A model generated the notes under the pieces. That model was not told where the DNA came from. It did not search any database and saw nothing but the letters and a program-made list of their open reading frames with translations. A stretch of DNA of 64,000 nt from Octopus vulgaris (taxonomy: Eukaryota): NCBI GenBank assembly GCA_951406725.2, contig OX597815.1, positions 183,272,001 to 183,336,000 of the forward strand. Reading direction: 5' to 3'. Numbering within the stretch: the first letter of the stretch is position 1; each line of letters opens with the position of its first letter. Positions 39,703-52,607 of this stretch are shown here, one piece after another. A program made the position numbers and the translations under genes.

Positions 39703-41393
39703 TGGCACATACTTTGCCACACAGCTGTATGAATGACTGGATTCACTACACAGATCCATAGTTCAAAATATATTTTATATTAGTGGTAGTTAGGGTTGTG
39801 TTTGAAGTGTGAGTTTATGTTGTAGAGACCATCATATATACTTTATTTATTGTCTGTGACTAATGTGATGATTGTTATTGATATTTAACTCTAGGTCATT
39901 CCTGATGAAACCAACTTATGGATCAAAAGTATTCTAGCCATCCATCCCATCCTTTTTTCCTATTTACTTTGAACCCATGACAACATTATCCAGTGTATGT
40001 TAAGATGATAAGGTGTGTCTGGAAGAAAAATTTACTGCTATTTCTAGCAGGCTAAGTGATCACATGTAGAATATCTTGTTGAGAGTAGTGGTCTGTATTC
40101 ACGTGTGATCTTTAAGTAGAGGAGAGGTATAAATTGTAGAATTGGAAGAGTGACCAATGAAATGCTTTGCAGTGTTTACTTACATTCTTGTAATTGTTCT
40201 GGGTTCAAATACAAGTGCCTTTTATTGTTTTTGGGGTTGATGAAATAGTACCAATCAAATACAAGATCAATTTAACTGACTTTATTTAACCTGCTCCTGA
40301 CTCTCCTGCAGTCACTTGATCTGTTAACTACAGCAGCCAAATAAACCACAAACTTCACCCTACTGATTTAAAAAATTGTTGATTATACCAGATAAACTAG
40401 TCTCTGCTTTAATATGCTACAAAATATGATCAGACACTCATGGCTGGAATGTTTGTCTGACTATGTATTGAGCAGCTATTGTTATGCTGTCCCAGATCAG
40501 TATGACCAGGTACAATCTGCTAATTTATTCTTCCAGATACATCAGACCCCCATTGAGGTAGGGACCATAGTGAATATTCTGAGAAAAATTGTTTGATATA
40601 CAGTGTAACACTCTTGCATTCTCCCCATTCATCATCATCATCATCATCGTTTAACATCCGTTTTCCATGCTAGCATGGGTTGGACGGTTCGACCGGGGTC
40701 TGGGAAGCCAGGAGGCTGCACCAGGTTCCAGTCTGACCTGGCAGTGTTTCTACAGCTGGATGCCCTTCCTAACACCAGCCATTCTGTGAGTGTAGTGAGT
40801 GGTTTTTACCTTCCACCAGCACAGGGGCTTGAGGAGGCTGGCAACGGCCACGATTGGTTGGTGCTTTTTATGTGCCACTGGTGCAGAAGCCAGCCATGGT
40901 GGCGCTGGCGTTGGCCACATTCAGATGGTGCTTTTTACATGCCACCGGCACTGGTATCACAACTACAATTTCCATTGATTTTTATTTTGATGTTGATGTA
41001 CTTGACTCATTGGAGTTGGGCAGTGTGAACTTAAATCAAATGTGACAGTTAGGTGTTGTTCCTCTTTAATTAACATTAGTGATGTATACCCCCATGCTAT
41101 TTAGAGTTAGAAAGGCTACTGATGTTGCTAATATTTTTGTGGTTGTGTGAACTTTTTAGTGTTTATCTAGACTATATTAGGGATATTGTTTCTTTGTTGT
41201 TATAATTGTGGCCGTCTTATCTTTTTAGGAGTATCTTGGACTATTTCATTTCATGTGTCTTTCCTTTCCTTTATGACAGTAGGAATTTATTAAGGAGTAG
41301 ATGTGATTGCTATCTCTAGCAGAGTTAACAACCATAAAGTTGGTACATCATACTTGTTGTCTTCAGTGTTTGTGTTGTATGATTATGATATTA

Positions 41394-41790
41394 AGGTGCA
41401 GGTGGCTGTGTGGTAAGTAGCTTGCTTATCAACCACATGGTTCTAGGTTCAGTCCCACTGCATGGCACCATGGGCAAGTGTCTTCTACTATAGCCTCAGG
41501 TTGACCAAAACTTTGTGATTGGATTTGGTAGACAGAAACTGAAAGAAGCCTGTTGTGTAAATATATATATGTGTATGTTTTGTGTCTGTGTTTATCCCCA
41601 CCACCATTGCTTGACAACCGATGCTGTGTGTTTACATCCCAGTAACTTAGCAGTTCATCAAAAGAGACCAATAGCATAAGTACCAGGCTTACAAAGAATA
41701 AGTCCTGGGGTTGATTTGTTCAACTAAAGGCAGTGCTCCAGCATGGCCACAGTCAAATGACTGAAGCAAATAAAAGGCTAAAAGAATAGA
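41394..41790 (+). mobile_element. SINE family A
   Basis: Full-length homolog of 1660-2074. Confidence 0.85.
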
Positions 41791-41889
41791 AGAGTGAAGG
41801 CCACCAAGTGAGCCTCTAGAGCAGGGTCAGCAAAGTAGTCAATATTGACTGTTGGGATATTTAGCTATCCAATTTGTAAATATTGAGTC

Positions 41890-42330
41890 TGAAGGTGGCG
41901 AGCTGGCAGAAATGTTAGCATGTCAGGTGAAATGCTTAGCAGTATTTCATCTGTCTTTACTTTCTGAGTTCAACTTTGCCTTTCATCTTTTTGGGGTTAA
42001 TAAATTAAGTATCTGTTGCATACTGGGGTAGATCTAATTGATTGGACCCCCTCCCCAAAAATTTCAGGCCTTGTGCCTAGAGTAGAAAAGAATAATTTAT
42101 TTGAAGGTGGCAAGCTAGCAGAAATGTTAGCGCGCTGGGTGAAATGTTTAGCAGTATTTCGTCTGTCTTTACGTTCTGAATTCAAATTCTGCCGAGGTCA
42201 GCTTTGCCCTTCATCCTTTCGGGGTTGATAAATTAAGTATCAGTTGTGTGCTGGGGTCGATCTAATTGACTGGCCCCCTCCACTAAAATTTCTGGCCTTA
42301 TGCTTAGAGTAGAAAAGAATATTATTTGAG
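41890..42330 (+). mobile_element. Two tandem SINE family B-related copies
   Basis: gaaggtggcgagctggcagaaatgttagc head at ~41891 and ~42103. Confidence 0.8.
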
Positions 42331-42403
42331 TCTGAGTGGCATCCATGTCATAGAGATAACATGGACACTGCTCGAACTTGAAAGATCAACTGTTATAAAC
42401 TCC

Positions 42404-42665
42404 TCAAGGAATGTGAAAATGTAGGCTGGATAGGTTTGAATGAACGTAGACCATCACACCCCCACCACGGCGATTAATGCGGTCTTTGCGGAACAGGTTG
42501 TAGCTGGCTATGCTGAAAACCCCATCACAGATTGCAGAATGTGCCCATGTTTCCGTGACTGTGATGAAATCTGGGTCGATACTTTTGACGTAAGAGACAA
42601 AAAGATGTACCTTTTTGCATAAACTATGAACATTTAAGAACAACAGTTTGTATCTGGATTTCAGA
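42404..42665 (-). mobile_element. LINE apurinic endonuclease fragment (CR1/L2-like)
   Basis: LLFLNVHSL..K, ITVTETW, YNLFRKDR..RRGGGVMVYV motifs. Confidence 0.85.
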
Positions 42666-42929
42666 TGACAATGATATACAGGGGATGGCTGATTGTTCTT
42701 GTTTATTTTCCCATGACTTTTATATTGCCAGTATGTAGTATGCTCAGACCAACTGATATCCCTTATCCATGACTCACCAGACTTGATGAATTTCCATATT
42801 TGCCCGTTGTCGCATAGGCTAAAGGTTTCCTGTGACACAGAGTTGTGATTTAGGGAAGCTACTTATGATCAAGTATTTCTCTGTAGATTTAGTTTCTGTC
42901 TTAGTCAAAGTTTTCTGTCTTTGCTCTAT

Positions 42930-44838
42930 TCATATGAGTTGAGGCTGAGAAGAATGAAAATAAACGGTCCATTGTGCCAAAAAAATGTAACTGAATCTGC
43001 ACCCACTGAAGCTGCATGCACAGCTGCTAAATTCAGAGTGATTGGTGCATGGTACAAATACAATCTTCAGATTAACTTCTGTGATGCTCATTTGAACACC
43101 GGATCGAAAACTTACTGTTACTGCCACATTATCAAATGCTTGTCCATGACAGTCTTGTATATTAATGTCATCCATTTCTAATTGTTTCAGAATCATTGGT
43201 GTAATTTGCTCATCATTTTTGCCTTCCATCTCAATAAAATGAAATGATTCTTCTACTTTTACTTCCTTTTCATCTATTTTAACATAACATAGCACCCGAG
43301 AAATTTGGTCAATATGAGAAATGTCTGGAGTACTATCAAAAATAATGCAATAGTATTTATTCTGCTTCACTTCATTGATAACTTCCTTTCTCTCCTGATC
43401 TCCTAGGATGTTCACAAATTCATTCTGAATTTTTGGTGAAAGATAGAAAGTTGCACACTTATCAGTTTTTACTTTCACCAAATGTTCATGTAGCGCTGGG
43501 TTGAATTTTCCAATCAGTTGAACAGAAAATTTCCTTTATTTTCATTTACCTTCTAAACCTGAATGTCTTCTCTATAGCAAGGGACATAATTATGTCCAAG
43601 AATCTAGTCAGGATTTGCTTCCATTTCTTTGTTTCATTTTCAACAAGAATTTGTTGTTCTTTGTCTATTACCTTGCATTTGGAAAGGCAAATTTCAAGCA
43701 CTCTTTCCACTGAGTGAACGCATTCTCATGCACAGGGCTAGATTCATGTTCTTGTATCTTAGGGCTCAAATTCCACCAAGATTTGAAACCATCAACTGAG
43801 CAAAACTTCGCTTCTTTCGATGGAGAGTATATCATCTAAGTTCTCGAGATTTTTTCCCCGTTTTGTAAAGTTTGAAAAAACCAGTTTCTTGACTGTCTTC
43901 TAGTCTACCATTTCAGTTTTGTTGTTTGTCCTGGATGTACAACTGCTTTGAGTTCAGTCAGTATTTTGCACAGCCTTTGATCCTTGTTGTACAAAGATTT
44001 CTTGAATACCATCATCATGATTAAACTTAGGCCTCATCCCAATGTCTTTCAAATTAATATTAGTATTTTGTTCTTCAGTAGTTTTTTGGTGGCTCAGCAT
44101 CAACTTCATCTATCTTTTTTCACATTGCAATTCAATTAACATCATCTCCATCACCTTCTACAGTGATACCAGTTTCATCTGGACGGTCGAGTCTGATGAG
44201 AAATTTAATTATGGAACCTACATTTCGCCTTTCTTCTGTTTCTTTTTTTTTCAAAATGCTGCATTGCTATCCATAATTCACTACATCTCAAATTATATCA
44301 GTGATAACGTAAATTTATATGAATAAAACCAAATAGAGTATAGACCAACTTAAAAAATAATCAACTTCCTGAATATCATCGACACACTGTTTAATCCAGT
44401 AGCACACAATAGTACTTTATTAACAATATTATACTGTATATTACACAATATTAACACACAATACATGTTTACTGATGATAAATTTCAATTTTAAGGAAAT
44501 TTTAATAGCTATTATACATTATTAAAGTCTATAATATTTATACTGCATTTTTATTAATGCCAGTGACCCTCACTGGCTCCCGTGCCAGTGGCATGTAAGA
44601 AGCTTTCACTACACTCTCAGAGTGGTTTGTGTTAGGAAGGGCATCCAGCTGTAAAAACATTGCCAGATCAGATTGGAGTCTGGTACAGCCCACTGGCTTG
44701 CCAGACCTCTGTCAAACCATCCAACCCATGCCAGCATGGAAAGCGGACTTTAAACAATGATGATAATGATGATGATATATTAATACAAATAAACCTGGGG
44801 CGGACTGCCCTCCCTGTGCCTCTCTTGGTACGCCACTA
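42930..44838 (-). mobile_element. Decayed hAT transposon (ZMYM1-like/DUF4371-type transposase), 5' part
   Basis: YLSPKIQNEFVNIL, YYCIIFDSTPDISHIDQ, CHGQAFDN motifs with frameshifts; probable terminus TAGTGGCGTA at 44838. Confidence 0.85.
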
Positions 44839-46607
44839 ATCATCATAGAAATTACCATGGATTTTTATGCAATACCTTGGGAAAGTTTCTTTTGTCTTAG
44901 ACTTAGTGTGGCCAAGGCCTTGTGAGTGAAATTTGATTGGTAAAACTGTATGGAAATTCATGAGAGGGACTATTCCTGTTCTTTGGTGGTAGACTTAAAT
45001 TGTTGAATGATTTAACATGAATAACTTGTTTTTGGGTGTCTTTAGCAGAGGGTCTGTTGCAAGCATTGAGGCCAAGTCTTTTGACTGAGGATGACATTCT
45101 CTTTTCTTCCCACCAGTCTTGAAGATCTGGTGCTAAACAACAAAAACCATTGTAATTGTTTGATTATAGGAATTTTTTTTTTTTTTGAGATAAGGCTATC
45201 AAATATCACATCTCACTAAATGCATCCATGAGTATCGGAAAACAACAATTAAGAGGTAGTGACAGCTGTATTAGAATATTTTATTGATTAATGAACTAGA
45301 ACAGCAAAACTCAATAGATATTTCTGATCATGTAAAGAAAAATGAAAGAAAAAAATTTTGTTCAATTATTTCCATGGAGTTGAAGATCATACTTAGTAGA
45401 TGAGAGTAGAATATTGTATTACATACTAGATGGTCAAAAGTATGCTTTTACTGTTATGACATAGTTGAGTAGCTCTAAGTCTACACTAGATTTAGCAAAG
45501 TTTAATCTGAGGTCTAGCAATATTAAGCAAAGCATCATTCAGTCAGTATTCTAATGAGGGTAAGTAATCCTATCTTTGTTACTGGTGGTTTAACTTCATC
45601 ATCATCATCATTTAACATCTGTTGTCCATTCTGGCACCGGTGGGATGGTTTGACCAGGGCTGGCAAGCTGGAAGGCTGCATCAGATTCCATTTTGTTTTG
45701 GAATAGTTTCTATGGCTGGATGTCCTTCCTAACGCTAGCCACTCTGGGAGTGTAATGGGTGCTTTTATGTGCCACTGGCATGGGTGCCATTTGCATAACA
45801 CTGGTAAAACCACAACTGCAGTTTTACTTGGCCTGATGGGTCTTCTCAAGCACAGCATAATGCCAAATGGACTTGGTCATTACCTCTATGAGGCTCAATG
45901 CTTGAAGCACAGCATAATGTCAAATGGTCTTGGTCCTTGCCTCCATGGGGCCCAATGCCTGATTTTATGTGCCGCAGGCAAAAGTGCCATTTGTGGTATC
46001 TGCCATTGCTGCAATTTTACTTGACTTGATGGGTCTTCTTCTCAAGAACAACATAATGCCAAAGGTCTCGATCATTGCCTCTGTGGGGCCCAACATTTGA
46101 AAGGAACTTAACCACTTTGCCTCCATGAGGCTCAACGCTCAAAAGGTGCTTATTATGTGCCACCAGCATGTGTGCCGGTTACGTGATACCAGTGTCAGCC
46201 AACTTTTCACAATATTTCCATGCAATAAAAAAAAAGACATATTACTACACGTTCTTTAAAAGGAGGATATAATTGATTAAATGTACTCTGGTATGAGATA
46301 CTCTTATATCATCAATTCCATCAAAATGAAAGACAAAGGGTGAGCTTAATTTGAACTCGGAACATAAAGTACAGCACCTAAATACAACTTATTTTGTGTA
46401 ACGCAATTCAGCCAACACACTCCTGCTTTTCATATACATGCATGAATGTACCCATCATTACATGCATGTATGCCTATTATATATACGTGTATGGCTTTAT
46501 AGTAACCACATGATTTCAGGTTGGTCCCATTGTGTGGTACCTTGAGCAAATGTTTTCTACTATAGTTCTAGGCTGACCAAAGCCCAGTGAGTGGGTTTGT
46601 TTGATAG

Positions 46608-46986
46608 TGTTATAAACCCATACTTGAATATCAAAGTTTAAAAGGTTTTAATTGACTAAAAATACAGCAATATACAATACAAAGATTGCTAAATTGTAAG
46701 CAAAACCAAACTTCAACGAAATAACATTTTAATGCAGTGAGTTGCTACATTCTAGACTAACTAAAATCAACGCTGAACACGTCGTCTGCAAACAGAATAG
46801 AACTCCGTGCAATCGCACTGCAGGCATATAACAGCAATTGAGACAATCAAAATCACATGATCAAAACTAAAATCATATTTTTCCCCGCTAAAGAAAAACA
46901 AGCAATTAACCACAAAATGCAAAATACAAACATAACCATGAGCCAATCACAACAATGTAATAGTGAGGCTTTTCATAAGCGTAACA
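46608..46986 (-). mobile_element. Putative 3' LTR of the Ty3/gypsy element
   Basis: TGTTA...TAACA inverted termini just after the integrase stop; ATTAAA inside; abuts a truncated SINE; no clear polypurine tract. Confidence 0.55.
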
Positions 46987-46994
46987 CATCATCA

Positions 46995-47933
46995 ATCATA
47001 AATTTAACCTATCAGGGACTTTTTTTGTTCTGGATGAACGCTAGTGCAAAGTAGTTTGAGGTTCTGGTTCTTGAGCTGGTGTAGGTGGGACAGAATCGAT
47101 CATGGTATCTGAAAAACCACCATGGCATTCATGCACTTGAGTAGGATCGGTGTCAGCAACATTAGTTTGATCCTTACTTAACTGATACTCCTCAGTCGTT
47201 TTGCCAGTAGAGGCTAAATCTCTAATAAACACAGTACTTTCACGACCATCTGGGTACTGTACCCTCCCATGGTTAGGGTTAATTTGAACCAATTGGGCTT
47301 CATTTACTAATGGATCATACTTATTGCATACATGTCGTTTAACAAATACTTTGTCAGGTCCTTGCATTAACCAAGTAGGAACGGAAACACCACAGATAGA
47401 ACGTCTAGGAATTTTAAAGAATCTCTCATGCGGGGTCTAATTAGTTACTGTGCATAATAATGAATGTTGCGAATATAAAACTTCTGGAAGCATGACTTCC
47501 CATTGAGAAACTGGTAAATTTCTGCTACGTAAGGCCAATTTAATGGAATTCCATATTACTCCATTATACCTTTCACATTGAGCATTTCCACGAGGATTGT
47601 ACACAGTAGAATGAGTAATTGCTATACCCCTATCATACAGAAATTGTTTAAGTTCTTTGGATACAAAACATTTAGCATTATCACTATAAATAACAGCAGG
47701 AAATCCGAAAAGATTAAACAAAACCTTCAAATTACTAATAACAGAATGAACACTAATATCAGTACATGGAAAAATAAACGAAAAACATGAATACTCATCC
47801 ACAACAGTTAAAAAATAATGGTTTTTTGACACTGAAGGTAGGGGTCCTTTAAAATCAACACTCAATCTTTCAAAAGCTTGAGTAGATTTAATTACTGATG
47901 AAACAGAAGTTTTAGTTAAGCGAGGCTTCACCT
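46995..47933 (-). mobile_element. Ty3/gypsy LTR retrotransposon integrase (pseudogenised)
   Basis: FERLSVDFKGPLP, LTVVDEYS, SDNAKCF, PRGNAQCERYNG (DDE core); C-terminal RSSRTKKVPDRLNL; in-frame stops. Confidence 0.92.
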
Positions 47934-49969
47934 CAGTGGCCCGGGAACAAAATTTGCTTAGGGGGTGCAAACTCAGTTCCAAAATTTGGCACTACTGGAG
48001 AAGTGTGGATCCAAGTTCTGGGAGTGTGCATGTCACAAATTTGCGCATGCGAGCACGTTGTTCGTAAGTAGTCGATTTTGGCACACAGGTAGACGAGACG
48101 CGCACTACTTGCTGTAAATGGTGGGTGGGCTATCCATCTAATACAAGAAGAAAATTGCAGATAAATTGAATAAAAACATGAAAAATAACAAAATGATATT
48201 TCATTGAAAAGTAAACCATTCTGAAAGTTCAGAATGTTTTCAAAACATTCATCTCCATCTTTTCCCATATTTTATTAAGGGTTAGGGGAGATGAATGTTT
48301 TTTTCAGTATTCAATGATTATTCTTTCACTTTTATACTCAATTACCTTGCAAGATAAAAACCCCTCAACTGGGAGTGGGGATTAATATTGAGGATGTGTA
48401 ACTTTTTGTCAGTTGAGAGCCATAGCAAAAGTATATTCCTAACATTACTGTCATATGAAGGGTAATATTCTAGTTCTACTCATATTTGAAAGGATATTTA
48501 TTTATTTAGCATAAAAGATATATGATTAAATTCAGATGAAATTTAAGAAAAACACCTCATAACATTTACTGATCTTAGCAATCTGTGTACTCTAATAAGT
48601 GCTAGTAATGTACCAGTGTTAAATCTTTAGTATTCTGTCACATGTAATGCATATTTATTCACTTGGATGGTTTGACTGAGGACTTGAGCGTGGTCGATGC
48701 CAGTCCCTCCAGACTGGCTCCTGTGCCAGTGGTACATAAAACGTACCATACAAATGTGGTCAATGCCAGTGCCACTTAACTGGCCCTCATGCCAGTGGCA
48801 CGTAAAAAGCCCCGCTACACTCTCAGGGTGGTTGGCGTTAGGAAGGGCATCCAGCTGTACAAATCTTGCCAGATCAAATTGGAACCTAGTGTAGCCTTCT
48901 GGCTTGCTAGTCCTCAGTCAAACCATCCAACTCATGCCAGCATGGAAAGCAGGCATTAAATGATGATTATGATGAATGTTTTGAATTAATTAGGCGTTAT
49001 CTCAGAGCTTTGAGATTTCACTAATGTAATTGTTTATTTTTAGAATGTCATTGTAGAGTAGGTTAGATATGGCCAGTTTGAACATCAAAATGAGAAGAGT
49101 ATTTTGGCCAGATATGGTCAATTTAAATACTAAAAGGTTAATTCAAGTAACTTTAACATCTTCCTTGAAAATAAAAAGATATCAAAAAGAATTTTGACCA
49201 TATGCTGTTCTAATATAGATATTGATTTCTTACTTAGGCAAATGTGGGGTGGTTAGTATAGTTGTTACATTAATCCCAATATTTAGTTTATCACTTCTGG
49301 AAGGATGTAAGGACAAGTTGACTTTGGTGGGATTTTAACTCTGAATGTAAAGAGCTGTAACTAAATATCACAAGACATTTTTGTCTCATATTCTAATGTT
49401 TCTGCAAGATAACAAGATTTGCAAATAATTGATATATTTTGTATTGGAAAGGTGGTGAGTTGGCAGAATCATTAGCATGCTGGGTGAAATGCTTAGCAGC
49501 ATTTCATTCATCTTTATGCTCTGAGTTCAAATTCAGTTAGGGTCAACTTTGCCTTTCCTTCTTTTGGGGTTGATGAAATAAATACCAGTTGAACACTGGG
49601 ATTGATTCAATTTATTTAGCCTCTTCACCAAACTTGCTGGCCTTATGCCAAAATTGAAACTGATATATATATTGAAAGGAGATTTTTTAATGAAACATTA
49701 TCTTCCACTTGATCCAACTCAATGTGAATTATTCAGAATAAATAGTATGAGTTCAAATCCTGCCAAGGTCAACTTGGCTTTTTATCCAGCTGGAGTTGAT
49801 AAAATAAAGTACCTCTCAGTTACAGAAATTGATTTAGTTTACTAAGCCCATTCCCCAAGTTTCTGACCTTGCACATTAGTTAAAAACTTCTTCAGAATAA
49901 AATATGTTGCTTTACATATTAATTATTCAGAGTAATACCAGTGCTCTCTAGATTTTCCATCTATTTATC

Positions 49970-50780
49970 CTATCCCTTGACTGTGTGAGCATTCACTAAT
50001 GTTGCTGTCCACTCTATGATATTACAAGCCCATCTTGTTTTTGGCTCACCTTGTTTTTGTCCACTTTCCACTATGGCTTGCAGGATTGTCTTTGTTAGGT
50101 TTGAACTTCTTATGACATGGCCATACCGTTTCTGTTTTCCTGTCTTTACAATTATCAGTAGATAGCTGTGTGGTCCAACAGCCTGGTTTATTCTCATCCT
50201 CACTTCATTATTCGTCATGTGTTCTGTGTATGGGATACCTAACAGCCTTCTGTATCTCATCTCCATTACACTTGCCATTTTTTCCCAGTTCTGTTGTTAT
50301 TGTCCTTGCAGGTCTATAGAAAGATGGAAATCACAAGTCAATGCATCAGTCTGAATTTTGTGCAAAGCCTATTATTTCTATCTTTCCAGATTGGCCTGCA
50401 TTTTGCAAGCACCATCATTTCCTGTGAGAGGATTTTTGGTCTTGATCCTTCATTAGAGATGATAGCTCTTAGCTGTTTGAACTTGCTGATGGCTTCTGAT
50501 GTTTGTCCATTCACAGTGATGTCATTTGTCGTGCTTTCTGTGTTATTGTCGAATTGGATTTTGGTTTCCTCTGCATTTGTTTCCATACTGTATGCTTTTG
50601 AAGTACTATGTAGATGTTTCACCAAGTTTTCTAGCTCTGTTTTTATGTCTGCCAAGGCAATAGTATCCAATACTCACTTGTACCTTCATGGTCTTTGAAT
50701 GCATTTGATGTGATGCTTTTCAAGAAGATTTTGAAGAGGGTAGACAAGAATAGACATCCTTAACATACACCTACAGTTTT
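49970..50780 (-). mobile_element. RTE (BovB-like) reverse transcriptase C-terminal fragment
   Basis: EMRYRRLLGIPYTEHMTNNEV, YGHVIR, KTILQAIVE...RW motifs. Confidence 0.8.
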
Positions 50781-52607
50781 CCAACTAAATATGCTAAAAG
50801 CTTAATACACTTCATTTTCTTTTTTACTACAACCAACAAGGAATACCATAGCATAACCACTCACCCTGTTGCCAAATTTGTCTTAGATCATACCGTACAT
50901 CTTCAAATTTGAAGGGCACATTGGGTAATGTAGTCTTGGATAAATAGGCAAAATGATCATGATTGGAACATCTTATGTGATAGGTATTCTTGATAAAAGC
51001 TGACCTAGCTAATCAACAAATATCTTACTATAAGTAGTTCTCTCACAAATACGTAGCAACAATGAATTTTAGGAGTAGATTGAAATCATACCAGTGAGAT
51101 ACCATCTGTGGAAAAGTTGAGTAGTCTTATATAGTAGAACATGCATAGATGGAAAATTTATACAGGTGAAAGTGGATGAAAGCTAACATTATTTAAATAA
51201 AGCCATACTGGAAAGTATGGAAAATAAAAACAAATGAATGTAATCTCTCATGAGATAATGCTGTCAGTAAATCTAATATCAGCTTCAGTCCCACATAAAC
51301 ACAAATATCTTTTCTGAATGATATGTAAATGTTTACCTCAGTAGCATACTTGATATGATTGGGTTCCCTTTTATATGATGAATTCAAGGAGTGAAATTTT
51401 GATTTTTGTAGATGAAACACAGCTATGTTGCTGAAGCATTGGCAGATGAAGATCTAAAAACAGCCAAATTCCTAAAGCCTAAGAACTATGTACTTACTAA
51501 AGTAAAGGTACTTTGAATGATCATCCACCACAATAATATAATGTTCCCTCTTTGCACTTAGGGTTTTACTGATGTCATAATTTATTGATTGATTGCTTCA
51601 GAGGATGCAGTGTGACTAAATGGTTGAAAAATTTATTTTGCAGCTATGAGGTCCCACATTTGATCTCCCAATGTGCCATTTTGGGCAAGTATCTTTTGCT
51701 ATAGTTTTGCTTGATACAACTTTTTGAGTAAAATTAGATGTATAGAAATGTGTTGGATGGATTGTTTCTGTAATGTTCAGTCTTGTCACATATGTCACTC
51801 TGATTCTACCTGAGAATATATTAGAGCTACACGTGTGTAAGGAATATTCAGTCACTTTTATGCTAATTTAATATGTCATTCAGTTCATTGAATAATTGAA
51901 CACAGTTTCAAAACTGACTGAGAGACTCATTTACTTCATTTTGGAGGAATAAAATTAAAATCTCATTAGATATACTGAAAATATTTTCATAATGCCAAAC
52001 AGAAATGTTAATTTCAAATTAAATATTGTTGCTGCATTTGGTCAGCCCTGACAAAGCAGATCTTTGATCAAAGTCATTCAGGCCTTAACTGTCTAGGTTT
52101 TGGATATCAATGGTTACATTGCCTAAAGCATCTGTAATGTTTTTGTAAGAGAATTATGGGAGATTTGGTTGCTATATCTTGTAAGTCATTTGACTGCACA
52201 GACTCACTTGCTGGTTTGTCAAGTTGATGTATATTTTTGATCTGTAGAACATTTGGTAAAATAGTGAAATATCTAGTTAGCTTTAAATACATTTTAATAT
52301 TCCTAGGATCCAATGGCAATGAAAAGCAAAATTAGCGGAGTATTGGAAAACATGCTGATTTCAAATACTGCCTAAGTCAGCTTTGGTAGTATTTATTTTA
52401 TCAACCTTCCATGGTTGATTAAATAAGAACTAGCCAAATACTCAGTTTAATATAATATTTAATATATATATACCCTCTCACTAGATTAGTAACTTATTTT
52501 GAGGATCCAGAACTACAAAGAATAATCAAAAGTTTTTAGGTCTTTATTTTCACATACAAACAGAAATACAAGAAGTTCAGTGTTTGGGGATTTAATTCTT
52601 CACAATC